NCBI GenBank assembly: GCA_950097015.1
Contig: CATNEN010000038.1
Coordinates: 7,998,001 to 8,062,000, forward strand
Length of the DNA stretch: 64,000 nt
Origin: Macrostomum hystrix
Lineage: Eukaryota > Animalia > Platyhelminthes
Reading direction: 5' to 3'
Each line of letters opens with the position of its first letter. Within the stretch, counting starts at the first letter, position 1. Both the position numbers and the translations under genes were made by a program. This document shows, in pieces, positions 51,801 through 63,300 of this stretch. The notes beneath the pieces were generated by a model, which had not been told where the DNA came from, did no database searches, and worked only from the letters and a program-made list of their open reading frames with translations.

Positions 51801-53676
51801 ATCAAGTCGCCAGCTCTTCAGACCGTCCAGATGGTTCTGGCCGAATGTCAGCGCGTCTTGTAAGGATTTTCCCATACGTGCTAGTGTATTTCAAACACCC
51901 CTGTACACAGATTAGCACTGCGCCTCAGTGCGGCCTTGCCAGGCCTTCAAAATAACTAGTGCCTGCGTCATCTCCGTCTTCGGTGGTCATCTACCTTTAT
52001 CTAGACGAACTGCTGGACCTTTAAGGGCTGGAACAGGTGGAACTAGGCCAGTATGGACACCCTGACGCGAATTTCTCCAATTTCACTGATTAACCCAAAA
52101 TATTAGGCGCAGCTCAACCACAGGACACCATCGCTAATTCTGTCAACCAATCACACCACCCAGCGCTGTTTGCATTCGGGCGCTGCCAATTCTTTCTCTT
52201 GGTATAAAAACGGGCGGTAAAATGGCTTGGTGGTCCTACTGTTAAAGCGTATTAAAGCATGAAACCTTGGCATGCCTGGTAATCTTAACGTGTATTGTAA
52301 ACTTACAATTTGTTTCGTAATTTAGTAATTATTGCAATTTATTCAACACGCATTTCAATTCGAAATTGCCCTGTAATTCCAAATAGTTTACTTCACTTTC
52401 CGAAATCCCTGCACCCAGGCTTGCGACGCGCAGCACCTGAATGGCGCTGACGGCTCCTCCAGCGGGCTCGGCAGGCTGCGTCGGCAGCGCGGCGACGGCG
52501 ACGATTTCGACGAAGAAGAAGAAGATGAAGAAGACGACGACGAGGATGGCTACGTGGAGATCGAGCAGCCAATCAAGAGACCGCGCGGCCGGCCTCGCAA
52601 AGACAGCGCGCCAATCTACCGCCTGCTGCCGCCAGCCCGGCTGCTGAAGAAGAAGAAGCGAAAGCGCCGCTCCTCTGGCATGCCGTCAGTAAACCAGCTG
52701 GTGGCCGCCGCCCAAATGGCCCAGATGAAGCGGGCGGCCGCTGCTGCCGCTGCTGCTGTTGCTTCCTCCTCCGGCGCTGCGGCCTTGGACGCCGTCGTGT
52801 CGGCGGCTGCGCCCGTTTTGGCGCCGATTTCTCTGCCGCCCGCGCCGAAGCCCGCGCCAGCTCCGGCGCCAGCGCAGGCCAAGCCTCGGCTGCCTGACGC
52901 GCACGCTCTCTATCTAAAATATCGCCAGAGCTCCGGTGGCGACGACTGCGGCGATGCTGCGTCGTCGTCGGCTTCGTCAGCATCCGACCGGGTGCCACCC
53001 CGGCGACTGCCTCCATTGACGGGATCGGAAGCACAGGAGAAAATGTGAGCTTGCACAACACTTTCCCATAACCCATTTTCCCATATCCCATTTCCCCATA
53101 TCCCATTTCCCCATATCCCATTTCCCCATATCCCATTTCCCCATATCCCATTTCCCCATATCCCATTTCCCCATATCCCATTTCCCCATATCCCATTTCC
53201 CCATATCCCATTTCCCCATATCCCATTTCCCCATATCCCATTTCCCCATATCCCATTTCCCCATATCCCATTTCCCCATATCCCATTTCCCCATATCCCA
53301 TTTCCCCATATCCCATTTCCCCATATCCCATTTCCCCATATCCCATTTCCCCATATCCCTGACTAATATTTTTTTCCTTTAGCTCCATTTGAAGCTAGAT
53401 CCTCACGCTATTCTGCTCTCCCCTAAATCCCCAAATCGCAGCCCCCTGGAGGAGGCCTCAGTCCTGGCCAGTCTGGCTCTCAACATCGCCAAGCAGCCGT
53501 CGTCCGCATCAGCTGCAGCGGGCCCGGCGCCTCCTGTAGTCAGCATAGTAAAGTCGCCGGCTGGCTCCTCTGCCTCGCTGTGCGGCAGCGCCTCCCGGGT
53601 GCACATCCTGCAAGCTCCGTCAATCACCGGCGGTGGCGGCATTGTTGTCAAGCTGGCTGGCAAGCCTTTAAACTGA
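48871..53676 (+). CDS. FoxN2/3-like forkhead transcription factor; exons 48871-49305, 50050-50316, 50969-51610, 52419-53044, 53442-53676
   Basis: [59 protein letters not shown] and a C-terminal [10 protein letters not shown] motif. Intron phases are compatible. Confidence 0.9.
49360..49992. repeat. 23-bp minisatellite (AGGAATCTCACCTGTCTGCTTCT)n followed by related 28-bp units, FoxN intron 1
   Basis: Tandem arrays inside intron 49306-50049. Confidence 0.95.
51675..52241 (+). mobile_element. TTAA-flanked (piggyBac-like) non-autonomous element, copy 1
   Basis: TTAA|CAGTAGAACAACCAAG...CTTGGTGGTCCTACTG|TTAA. The body is homologous to 58541-59135. Confidence 0.85.
53062..53358. repeat. 15-bp minisatellite (TCCCATTTCCCCATA)n in FoxN intron 4
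   Basis: Mostly perfect tandem array with G-runs on the template strand. Confidence 0.97.
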
Positions 53677-54065
53677 TGTTACTCATATGAGACCTATGAG
53701 TAGTGACTGCGGCGCATGAATATAATATTTCTGGAAGCTAAAAATGTACTTTTTACTGCTGCTCTATGAGTTGAAAAAGTGGGTCTTTGTACTTTTAATT
53801 GCAGCCTGTTCTGCTGTTGGTTCGAGTCTTTAGAGCATGAGCATATTTTTTTCATGAATTGTTTTGTTAAAAATCTGACATATTGCTCGATTTAGCATAA
53901 GCCGAATTAGCAAAGCTTTAACCTATTTAGTTTAGAGGTTGACATTTTTTTTTCATTTCAGTTAACCCGCGTACCAGGATTAAAAAAATTCTTTTAAAGT
54001 GGGTGAGTTACTTGAGAAGCAGTATTTCATGTTTAATTTGGTGTTTTCGTATTTATAAAGCAGCT

Positions 54066-54690
54066 TTGGTGGCGTTCGGTGTCTGTGGAAACTTGTAGGG
54101 TGTCTATGGCAGTGAGGTGGTAGGTTGGGGTGTCTGTAGAAACTTGTAGGGTGTCTATGGCAGTGAGGAGTTAGTAGGTTGGGGTGTCTGTTCAAACTTG
54201 TGGGGTGTCTATGGCAGTGAGGAGGCGGTAGGATTGGGTGTCTGTGGAAACTTGTGGGGTGTCTATGACAGTGAGAAGGTGGTAGGTTTGGGTGTCTGCA
54301 AACTTGTGGGGTGTCTACGGCAGTGAGGAGGTGGTAGGTTGGGGTGTCTATGGCAGTGAGGAGGTGGTAGGTTGGGGTGTCTGTGCAAACTTGTAGGATG
54401 TCTATGGCAGTGAGGAGGTGGTAGGTTGGGGTGTCTGTGCAAACTTGTAGGATGTCTATGGCAGTGAGGAGGTGGTAGGTTGGGGTGTCTGTAGAAACTT
54501 GTAGGATGTCTATGGCAGTGAGGAGGTGGTAGGTTTGGGTGTCTGTAGAAACTTGTAGGATGTCTATGGCAGTGAGGAGGTGGTAGGTTTGGGTGTCTGT
54601 AGAAACTTGTAGGATGTCTATGGCAGTGAGGAGGTGGTAGGTTGGGTGTCTGTAGAAACTTGTAGGATGTCTATGGCAGGGAGGAGGTGT
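54066..54690. repeat. 54-bp minisatellite downstream of the FoxN stop
   Basis: (TGTCTATGGCAGTGAGGAGGTGGTAGGTTGGGGTGTCTGTAGAAACTTGTAGGA)n. Confidence 0.95.
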
Positions 54691-55989
54691 CAGTTGCAAG
54701 CTGTTAAGTGTCTTTAGTACCTGGTGCAGTGAGTGGCATCGCATGTTCCATTATCGAAGGCCAGCACTTTATATTTTAAACAATCCAATGAATCCATGGT
54801 TAGTGGTGCAATGCTCTGTGCTCCTGTTTGTAGTCCAATGTTCATTTTTCGAATATTACAAGTCTGCGTTTATTTTTTTGCCGCATATAATCGCACAGGG
54901 CTCCATCCTGTACGGCAGTTTTATATGCTGTGTTTCTGATTAATTCTCATTGTGTCTACATTGTGTGTACATACATTTTATCAGCTCCAGCTAGCTAATC
55001 TGAGTGCTTACAGTTCAGTTATTATTATGCTTGTTTTCAAGGAAACTAACAGACATTAATAATCAAACTATTTTCTTGACTAATTAATCTTCCTTCAGCC
55101 TGCATATGATCATTTATTAACGAAAGCTTCCTGTTTACAATTGCGGCGGTTAAATCAGTCTTAAATTTTTATTTTATTTAGTTTTTTCATAATCGGGTTG
55201 TATGTGCGCTAACTCTACTACTTACTTTGCATATTGTAAGTAGTCTCGTTAGCTCAATGCGTCACTTAAACGAGTCTACTTTTTGCGAATAATCTGATCA
55301 GCTGCAGTGTAACGCGTGGCGCAATCTCTGTGGATCGAAAATTGGTTTTGCAATGGGAGTTAAAGAAAGCAGGAAATGTTTTTTTCTGTACATAGACTCA
55401 CTGAATAAGTACTGAAGTAGAAAATGCTTTGTTTTTGTTCTTTTGCCTTACTCAGTATATTTAGTTTGTAACTACAACTATTACTCAATCACTGCCATCT
55501 TGAAAACATATTCGCTAGTAAACAAACTACTTATTTATCTCAATAAGTAGTATCAAAGGTTTTTAACCCAATATGAATCTGGCTAGAAAATTCGCTATGA
55601 TTTTTGTTTGCCTTCGAAACTAAAACAGTATAATATATTTTGTGTGCAATTTCTAGTGCTGACTATTTTCAATATCTATAATTACTTTTTTGGCTTCCCT
55701 CAATCTAACCAACATTGTAAGCTTTTTACTAATTATTATTAGTACTGTCCCGCCTGCCATATAACTACACCAACTATCATTGCTACTATTATTACCGTAC
55801 AAATCCTCGGTGCTCAAACATGTACGCGTTCTATTTGTTATCGAGCCATCCGCTAGCTTTGCAGCAATAATATCTTTGACTACGACAAAATGCTATGCAA
55901 GTATTTCACTGTGCTCAATTCAATGCAAAGGACCTGCATTGGCCTGCTCTTAGTTCTTGTTGACTGTAGCGAGCTATCGTAGTAATCGA

Positions 55990-56610
55990 CCATTCATTAT
56001 CCTGACCGCTAATCTCTCCAACCACCATTATACATTCGCTAATCCCACCATCTTTTATCATCCCATTCCCTAATCCCTCCATCTTTTATCATCCCATTCA
56101 CTAATCCGTCCATCTTTTATCATCCCATTCACTAATCCGTCCATCTTTTATCATCCCATTCACTAATCCGTCCATCTTTTATCATCCCATTCACTAATCC
56201 CTCCATCATTTATCATCCCATTCACTAATCCGTCCATCTTTTATCATCCCATTCAATAATCCCACCATCTTTTATCATCCCATTCACTAATCCCTCCATC
56301 TTTTATCATCCCATTCACTAATCCGTCCATCTTTTATCATCCCATTCACTAATCCGTCCATCTTTTATCATCCCATTCACTAATCCGTCCATCTTTTATC
56401 ATCCCATTCACTAATCCCTCCATCATTTATCATCTTAGCCGCTAATCCCTCCATCATTCATCATCCAAGCCGCTAATCCCTCTATTCATCATCAAAGCCG
56501 CTAATCCCTACATTTATCATCCCTGCCGCTAATCCCTCCATTCATCATCCCAGCCGCTAATCCGTCCATTTATCATCCCAGCCGCTAATCCCACCATCAT
56601 TCATTCTCCC
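55990..56610. repeat. 31-bp minisatellite (CATCCCATTCACTAATCCGTCCATCTTTTAT)n in probable folliculin intron 1
   Basis: Tandem array with degenerate edges, ending ~70 nt before the acceptor at 56679. Confidence 0.94.
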
Positions 56611-56679
56611 AACTGCAAATTCAGTCTTTGAAGCCAATTTAAACAAAGCATTCCACGTAGAAGCTGCTCAACCTTGCAG

Positions 56680-59600
56680 AACTGCCTGATTGCGCTGACG
56701 CACTTCTGCGAGGACCACGGTCCCGCGGTGATCCTGTGCACGCAGGTGATGCAACAGCTGCCCAGCAGCTCGCGGCAGCTGCTCGAGGTGGCTACCGTGG
56801 CGCCAGCGGACGAGTCGCTCCATCGTCAGCCGCATCAGCAACCGCCGCCCGCCACCGGCTGCTTCCCGGTGGTGACCTGCTCCTCCTGCCGCTCCATGCC
56901 GCCCAATGTGCTGGCCATGCACACCGAAGACGCCTCAGCTCGCGTCCACCTGGTCTCCAGCCAGCACCCGACCTCGCCCAGCCAGCTGTACAGCCGCCTC
57001 CGCCAGGCGTGCCTTCGCGTGCACTCTTGCGAGGTGTGCCCAACCAGCGCCATGTACTTTGGCGATCCCGTCAATGGTCACGTGATGGGCGCGCCATTCC
57101 AGTTGGACGACGCGAAGGCGCGCGGTCTGGCCAGTCAGTACGCGGTGATTGTGATGTCCGCTGACGGCCGCATGCTGCTGCAGGCCTGGCCCTGGCTGGT
57201 GGACCAAATCGGCCACGTCACGGCCGCCTTGAAGCGGAAGGCCTGCGCCCAATTCCAGTCGGAGCAGCTTAGCCAGGCCAACGCCAAGGCCACGCGAATC
57301 AACGGCTCCAGCTGGCTGCGGATGCGCCGCTCTGACGCTCCGGCCAGGTCTCTGGCTCAGCTCACTGGCGACGCGGCCGTGTTTCAGCGGCTGCACCTCT
57401 GGTTCGCCTGGCTGCTGCGCGGCTGGCAGCGGGAGGAGATCCGTGTTGGCCGGCCCACCGAGGACAAGCTGGCCGAGGAGCTGCAGCTACTGGCGGCTGA
57501 TCAGGACTGCCTGCTGAATGCCGAGGTCAGGTGCAACGAACTTTCCCAATCTTTACTCCTGAGCAAAGTTAATTTCCATACAGTTTTTTTTCACTAAGCC
57601 TATAAATTTATAGACTGATTGGTTGACAGACTTGGCGATGGTGTCCTGTGATTGAACTGCGCCTAATATTTTGGCTTGATCAGTGAAATTGGAGAAATTT
57701 GCATCAATGTGTCCATACTGGCCTAGTTCCACCTGCTGTAGCCCTTGAAGGTCCAGCAGGTGACCACCGAAGACGGAGATGATGCAGGCACATTCGGGTG
57801 ACATGCAGATAAATTTTGAAGGCCTGGCCCGTGTTCTTGAGTTTCTCGTGCTTGCGTTGCTCCGTTCGGGTGCAGCAAAAATTTATCAAGGGCGGAAACG
57901 TTTTTCCTTGGTAGGTGGTTCTACTGTTAACATGGTCTAAGCTTGCAATAATCGATAAGTCGTAAGGCTAGTGTCTAGGTAGTAATTATAGATGATTTAT
58001 ATGAATAAATTACCTTTGATCAGTTATCAGTCAATGGAGAAAACGGTTCTTCCCTACTGGTGCTTGATATCCCATAGTCTATGGCCCTGAGTAGTCTACA
58101 GTGATTTAAACTTTGGACTTCTCTGACCTAGAGGTCTGGAGTTCGATTCTGTCAGGCGAATGTAGCTGTTTGTGTCTTTGCCCGTGTAAAGAGCTGTTTG
58201 TATCTTTGACGAGCGTTCTCAATTCGATTAGCTTGTGTCCATTTTAACCCTGATCTGACGGTCACAATGGACGTTCACAGTGGGTGGTCAACATTATTTT
58301 CATATTTTTGTCACATCTTCACATCCACAGGACTCGGAAGATGAGGGTACTCGCACGGTGGTGCCCACACCCACGGCTTCATCAGTTTGCAAGCCATCAG
58401 CCGGCGGCGGTCACTCTGCGGTTAGCATTGTGTTCCATTCGCTCAGGCACCTCCGTCAAAGGCTGAAACGTGTACCTGTGACCAATTTGATTGACAGGTG
58501 AGCATGGCGTACCGCTGATTGGTGGCTTTTCGAGGATTAACAGTAGAACTACCAAGGTTGGGAGAATTTCCCCCTCCCCCCTCAGTCTCCCCCTTCCCCA
58601 GGGGGAAATCCCCCTGACAATTTTTGTGCTGCACCCGAACGGAGCAACGCAAGCACACGAAACTCAAGAACACGGGCCAACTTTTTGTTGCCAGCACAAA
58701 AGTCGCCAGCTCCTCAGGCCGTCCAGCTATTCAATGGTTCTGGCAGATCAAGGTCAGATTTTTCCCATAAGCGCTAGTTCATACACCCCTATACACGAAT
58801 TAGCACTGCGCCTCAGTGCGACCTTGCCAGGCCTTCAAAATTTATCAGCACGTCACCCGAATGTGCCTGCATCATCTCCGTCTTCAGTGGTCACCTACCA
58901 TTATCTAGACGTATTTGCTGGACCTTCAAGGACTACAACAGGTGGAAAGAGGACACCCTGACGCGAATTTCTCCAATTTCACTGATCAAGCCTGAATATT
59001 AGGCGCAGCTCAACCACAGGACACCATCGCCAAGTCTGTCAACCAATCAGTCACCACCCAACGCTGTTTGCATTCGGGCGCTGCCAAAAAATTTCTGGGG
59101 TGCGGTAAATGGCTTGGTAGTCCTTAGTCCTACTGTTAAGCTCAAATTATCCTCATCACCGCAGATCCGTGTCTGTGCTGGACCCGGACTCTGAGCAGCT
59201 CAGCCTCCACAGGCAACCACACATATTCCTGCTGCTGCTTTATCACCTGGTCACCGGCAATCAGATTGTGTTTAGGACCAACCTGCCAGTCCTGGCTGCC
59301 TCATTCTTTACATTGCTGCGCCAGATACTGCCGCTAAACTGTGTGCAAGAGGTGCTCAACTCTGCCAATTATGAGGAGCCTTACAGGTAAGCGATCGGCT
59401 TAGAATCCCATTGCTGGGTCAAGCTTGGATTTTCAATTGTGGGTCAAGCTTCGAATCCAATTGTGGGTCAAGCTTCGATTCCCAATTGTGGGTCAAGCTT
59501 CGAATTCCAATTGTGGTTCAAGCTTAGAATCCCAATGCTGGGTCAAGCTTGGATTTTCAATTGTGGGTCAAGCTTCGAATCCCAATTGTGGGTCAAGCTT

Positions 59601-60791
59601 CGATTCCCAATTGTGGGTCAAGCTTCGAATTCCAATTGTGGTTCAAGCTTAGAATCCCAATGCTGGGTCAAGCTTGGATTTTCAATTGTGGGTCAAGCTT
59701 CGAATTCCAATTGTGGTTCAAGCTTCGAATCCCAATTCTGGGTCAAGCTTCGAATCCCAATTCTGGGTCAAGCTTCGAATCCTAATTCTGGGTCAAGCTT
59801 AGAATCCCAATTCTGGGTCAAGCTTCGATTCCCAATTGTGGGTTAAGCTTCGAATCTCAATTGTGGGTCAAGCTTCGAATCTCAATTGTGGGTCAAGCTT
59901 CGAATCACAATTGTGGGTCAAGCTTCGAATCTCAATTGTGGGTCAAGCTTCGAAACACAATTGTGGGTCAAGCTTCGAATCTCAATTGTGGGTCAAGCTT
60001 CGAATCCCAATTCTGGGTCAAGCTTCGAATCCTAATTCTGGGTCAAGCTTAGAATCCCAATTCTGGGTCAAGCTTCGATTCCCAATTGTGGGTCAAGCTT
60101 CGAAACACAATTCTGGGTCAAGCTTCGAATCTCAATTGTGGGTCAAGCTTCGAATCTTAATTGTGGGTCAAGCTTCGAATCACAATAATTAGCTTTGAAT
60201 CCAAGTACTCCATTGTTGGATGAAGCCTAAAAAAATAAATTCAAGGTTGATTCCGAATTCGCCTTGGTCAGGTGTAACTTTCTCGGCCTTACCTGGGAAG
60301 CCAGCATACCTGACAGCGTCCTGACAGATCCTGACAGCCACCCCATGCTGGTGCTGGAGTGCCTCGGCGACCTTCGCAGTCTGGCTAACGACGCGTTTGC
60401 CACTGTTGACGACCTGAGCATCACCTGTGCCACCAACCGGCCTGTGCCCAGCAGCGCTTACAATTCCCTGCTTGGCCTGCCAAGCCTCATTGATGAGCTA
60501 GACAAACTGCTGGACAGTCGCCAGTTGCCAGACGAAGCACTCGACCTGCTTGTGACCAACGTCAAAGAGGACTGGCTGAACCGGGCGCGCCAGTTCTTCA
60601 CTTGCTGCTGCGCCCAGGCGCAGAGAAATCGTCAGCTGACCGACAAGCAGGTCGCTGAGCTGCTCGACAGTCTCGGCTGTTCACGCAACGACGAACTGGT
60701 GCTGAAATTCTGGACTAGAGGCCTAGCCTCCACCAGCCGGCGAGAGATTCAAGGCCTGGGCAGCTTGGCCGGCAAACTCCTGATTCGCTGA
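56680..60791 (+). CDS. FLCN: Folliculin; exons 56680-57525, 58331-58497, 59165-59386, 60272-60791 (ATG exon not located)
   Basis: NCLIALTHFCEDHGPAVILCTQ, CSSCRS, RQACLRVHSCEVCP, FGDPVNGHV, DAKARG (GAP Arg finger region), ARSLAQLTGD, LHLWFAWLL, GNQIV and YRCNFLGL. Confidence 0.93.
57613..57926 (-). mobile_element. Truncated inverted copy of the TTAA-flanked element
   Basis: The reverse complement matches 58541-59050 with internal deletions, and one terminus (GTTCTACTG|TTAA) is retained. Confidence 0.85.
58083..58272 (+). mobile_element. Degenerate tRNA-derived SINE
   Basis: GTAGTCTACAGTG..., B-box GAGTTCGATTC, TGTATCTTTGACGAG..., CACAATGGAC. Confidence 0.5.
58541..59135 (+). mobile_element. 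TTAA-flanked (piggyBac-like) non-autonomous element, copy 3
   Basis: TTAA|CAGTAGAACTACCAAG...CCTACTG|TTAA. It fills most of folliculin intron 58498-59164. Confidence 0.87.
59398..60188. repeat. ~25-bp minisatellite (CAATTGTGGGTCAAGCTTCGAATCC)n in the last folliculin intron
   Basis: Tandem array inside intron 59387-60271. Confidence 0.96.
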
Positions 60792-61794
60792 CTGTCTATT
60801 CTTCACCTGTCTATTGCTTCGTAGATCGGGTGATTAATCTACAGGTGAAAAAAGAAAGCAAAATAGTCTGTTATTTCTTCTCTCAAGAAACGACATATTT
60901 TTACATTCATACGAGCCGATGCGCCCGTAGCTGTTCTTTGACTGCCAAACCTGACAATGCAAGGAATTTTCCCTGATTCAGGGAAACTCTTCTACTTCCC
61001 GCTGTTTTCTCAGCTTTCCTGCGGTTGTCAACATTTCTATTTATTTATCCCGCCTGCCAGAAATTTGTGTTCCTGTAAAGCAGAGCGTTTTTTGTTGCAT
61101 GCGTTCTTGTGTTGTCTCTATATACAGAAATGTATACTGCATTCTACAATTTAACTTGTCTTGCCTTGAAATCATTATTGTTGAAAAATTAATACCGCTA
61201 ATAGGAGCCCATGCCTCCGACTCCCTAATACAAGTTGTTCGGTTCTAGATATACGAGCTAGAATCCCCTAACAACTATTCTAGGCGCATTGCTTTTTTAG
61301 CTTCTAAAGCTTCGATTTGAACGCGTTTATGTTTACAATTTGTTAGCCCGAATGCCTGGCTGTGCTTTTATTTTAATGGCTGACAGAGTTCGCACTCGTT
61401 CATCTCTCCTTTGTTAGCAATCTGCTAGCTGACACTGCTGTTCCACATGCTCATGTTGCATGTATTTAGATTGCAGCATGGCTGCATCGTTGTTTTGACT
61501 TTGCCTTGGCGAGGCAGTTTCAGAAGGTGGAATCATATCACTGGTCGGCTCTCCGTAGAAACAGCTTCCGCGTGTTTTTCCTTTACCTGCCTCTCTTTTG
61601 CTGAATTGTAGCAGATTATATATTTTTAATAAAACGGAGATGTGTTCAATTATAATATTAACATTTTAGACCGAGAAACGCTCACTTTAAGCCAAACTTG
61701 TTCTTTTCAACATTAAAAAAACTTATACACATCTACCTACTTGTCAGTTTTTTACTCATGTGTACATAGTTCCCCCCTCACATAGGTATCACTT

Positions 61795-62588
61795 TACAGC
61801 CTGCTCACAGTCAACTATACAGCCTACTCACAGTCAACTATACAGCCTACTCACTGTCAACTATACAGCCTGCTCACAGTCAACTATACAGCCTGCTCAC
61901 TGTCAACTATACAGCCTACTCACTGTCAACTATACAGCCTACTCACTGTCAACTATACAGCCTACTCACTGTCAACTATACAGCCTACTCACAGTCAACT
62001 ATGCAGCCTACTCACTGTCAACTATACAGCCTACTCACTGTCAACTATACAGCCTACTCACTGTCAACTATACAGCCTACTCACAGTCAACTATGCAGCC
62101 TACTCACAGTCAACTATACAGCCTACTCACAGTCAACTATACAGCCTACTCACTGTCAACTATACAGCCTACTCACTGTCAACTATGCAGCCTACTCACT
62201 GTCAACTATACAGCCTACTCACAGTCAACTATACAGCCTACTCACAGTCAACTATACAGCCTACTCACTGTCAACTAGACAGCCTACTCACAGTCAACTA
62301 TGCAGCCTACTCACTGTCAACTATACAGCCTACTCACAGTCAACTATACAGCCTACTCACTGTCAACTATACAGCCCCCTCACTATCAACTAGACAGCCC
62401 CCTCACTGTCAACTATACAGCCCCCTCACTGTCAACTATACAGCCCCCTCACTGTCAACTATACAGCCTACTCACTGTCAACTATACAGCCTACTCACTG
62501 TCAACTATACAGCCTATTCACAGTCATCTAGACAGCCTACTCACAGTCAACTAGACAGCCTACTCAAATTCAACTAGACAGCCTACTG
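61795..62588. repeat. 23-bp minisatellite (ACAGCCTACTCACTGTCAACTAT)n
   Basis: Tandem array between the FLCN and SCOT 3' ends. Confidence 0.96.
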
Positions 62589-62869
62589 AATTTCTTCTGT
62601 TCCCACCGTTGACCTCCTCAATTTCGCAAATTTCGCAATTTTCAGAAAATGCATTTGCACTCATACGAATCTTTGTTACTTTTTCGTCAAGTCACAATTG
62701 AGTTCGTTTTCACTAAAAAAGAAAGGCTTTGATTATAATAATGGATAGATTTATAATAAATTTGTATTGTATGGTATGTAACGATGACAATATGAACATA
62801 ATTATTTAAGCAGCTACTGTAAGCTCGCTGCGCGATTGCATAAATCCCTATGGAAATCCCATGGCGTAT

Positions 62870-63241
62870 TTACAACTTGATACTAGGAGTGCAGTCTGAT
62901 GACTGCTGCATCGGTCGCAAAGAGCTCGAGACTGCAAACGGACAGCACGTGCACGCGGCCACGCGACCCAGTGTGACACCATCGGCCAGCTCGCAAAGCG
63001 TCAGGCCAAAGTTTTTGTCCACAGAGAAGACAGCCAGGTCGGTGACGATGAGATCAACGCAGCGACTGCCAGTGAGGGGCAGCGTGCAGCTCTCCAGGAT
63101 CTTGGGCCGGCCCTCTCTGGTGCAGTGCTGCATCGCCACCACCACGCGGATGCCGCAGCTGACCAGCTCCATGGCGCCTCCCATTCCCACAGCGGCCGCG
63201 TCCGGTATAATCCAGTTGGCGATGTCGCCGAACTGGGACAC
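62870..63241 (-). CDS. Succinyl-CoA:3-ketoacid CoA transferase (SCOT/OXCT-like), last coding exon; the rest lies beyond the window
   Basis: CAG|VSQFGDIANWIIP...GMGGAMELV...VVVAMQH...KILESCTLPLTG.RCVDLIVTDLAVF. Confidence 0.88.
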   Translation of the reverse strand: MSQFGDIANWIIPDAAAVGMGGAMELVSCGIRVVVAMQHCTREGRPKILESCTLPLTGSRCVDLIVTDLAVFSVDKNFGLTLCELADGVTLGRVAACTCCPFAVSSSLRPMQQSSDCTPSIKL

Positions 63242-63300
63242 CTGGGGAATAGAGCGTTTAAACCTTTGTTACCGATTTATGACTGAAACAGTTCGGAAAA

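Noticed and set aside
53383-53441. Upstream acceptor (TTTAG at 53382) for the last FoxN exon
   Set aside because: It is out of phase with the donor at 53044 and gives an immediate stop. The CAG at 53441 restores the [10 protein letters not shown] frame.
59398-60188. Pol III B-box-like TTCGAATCC in the 25-bp unit
   Set aside because: It lacks the invariant G (GCTTCG instead of GGTTCG) and has no A-box, so it is probably chance.
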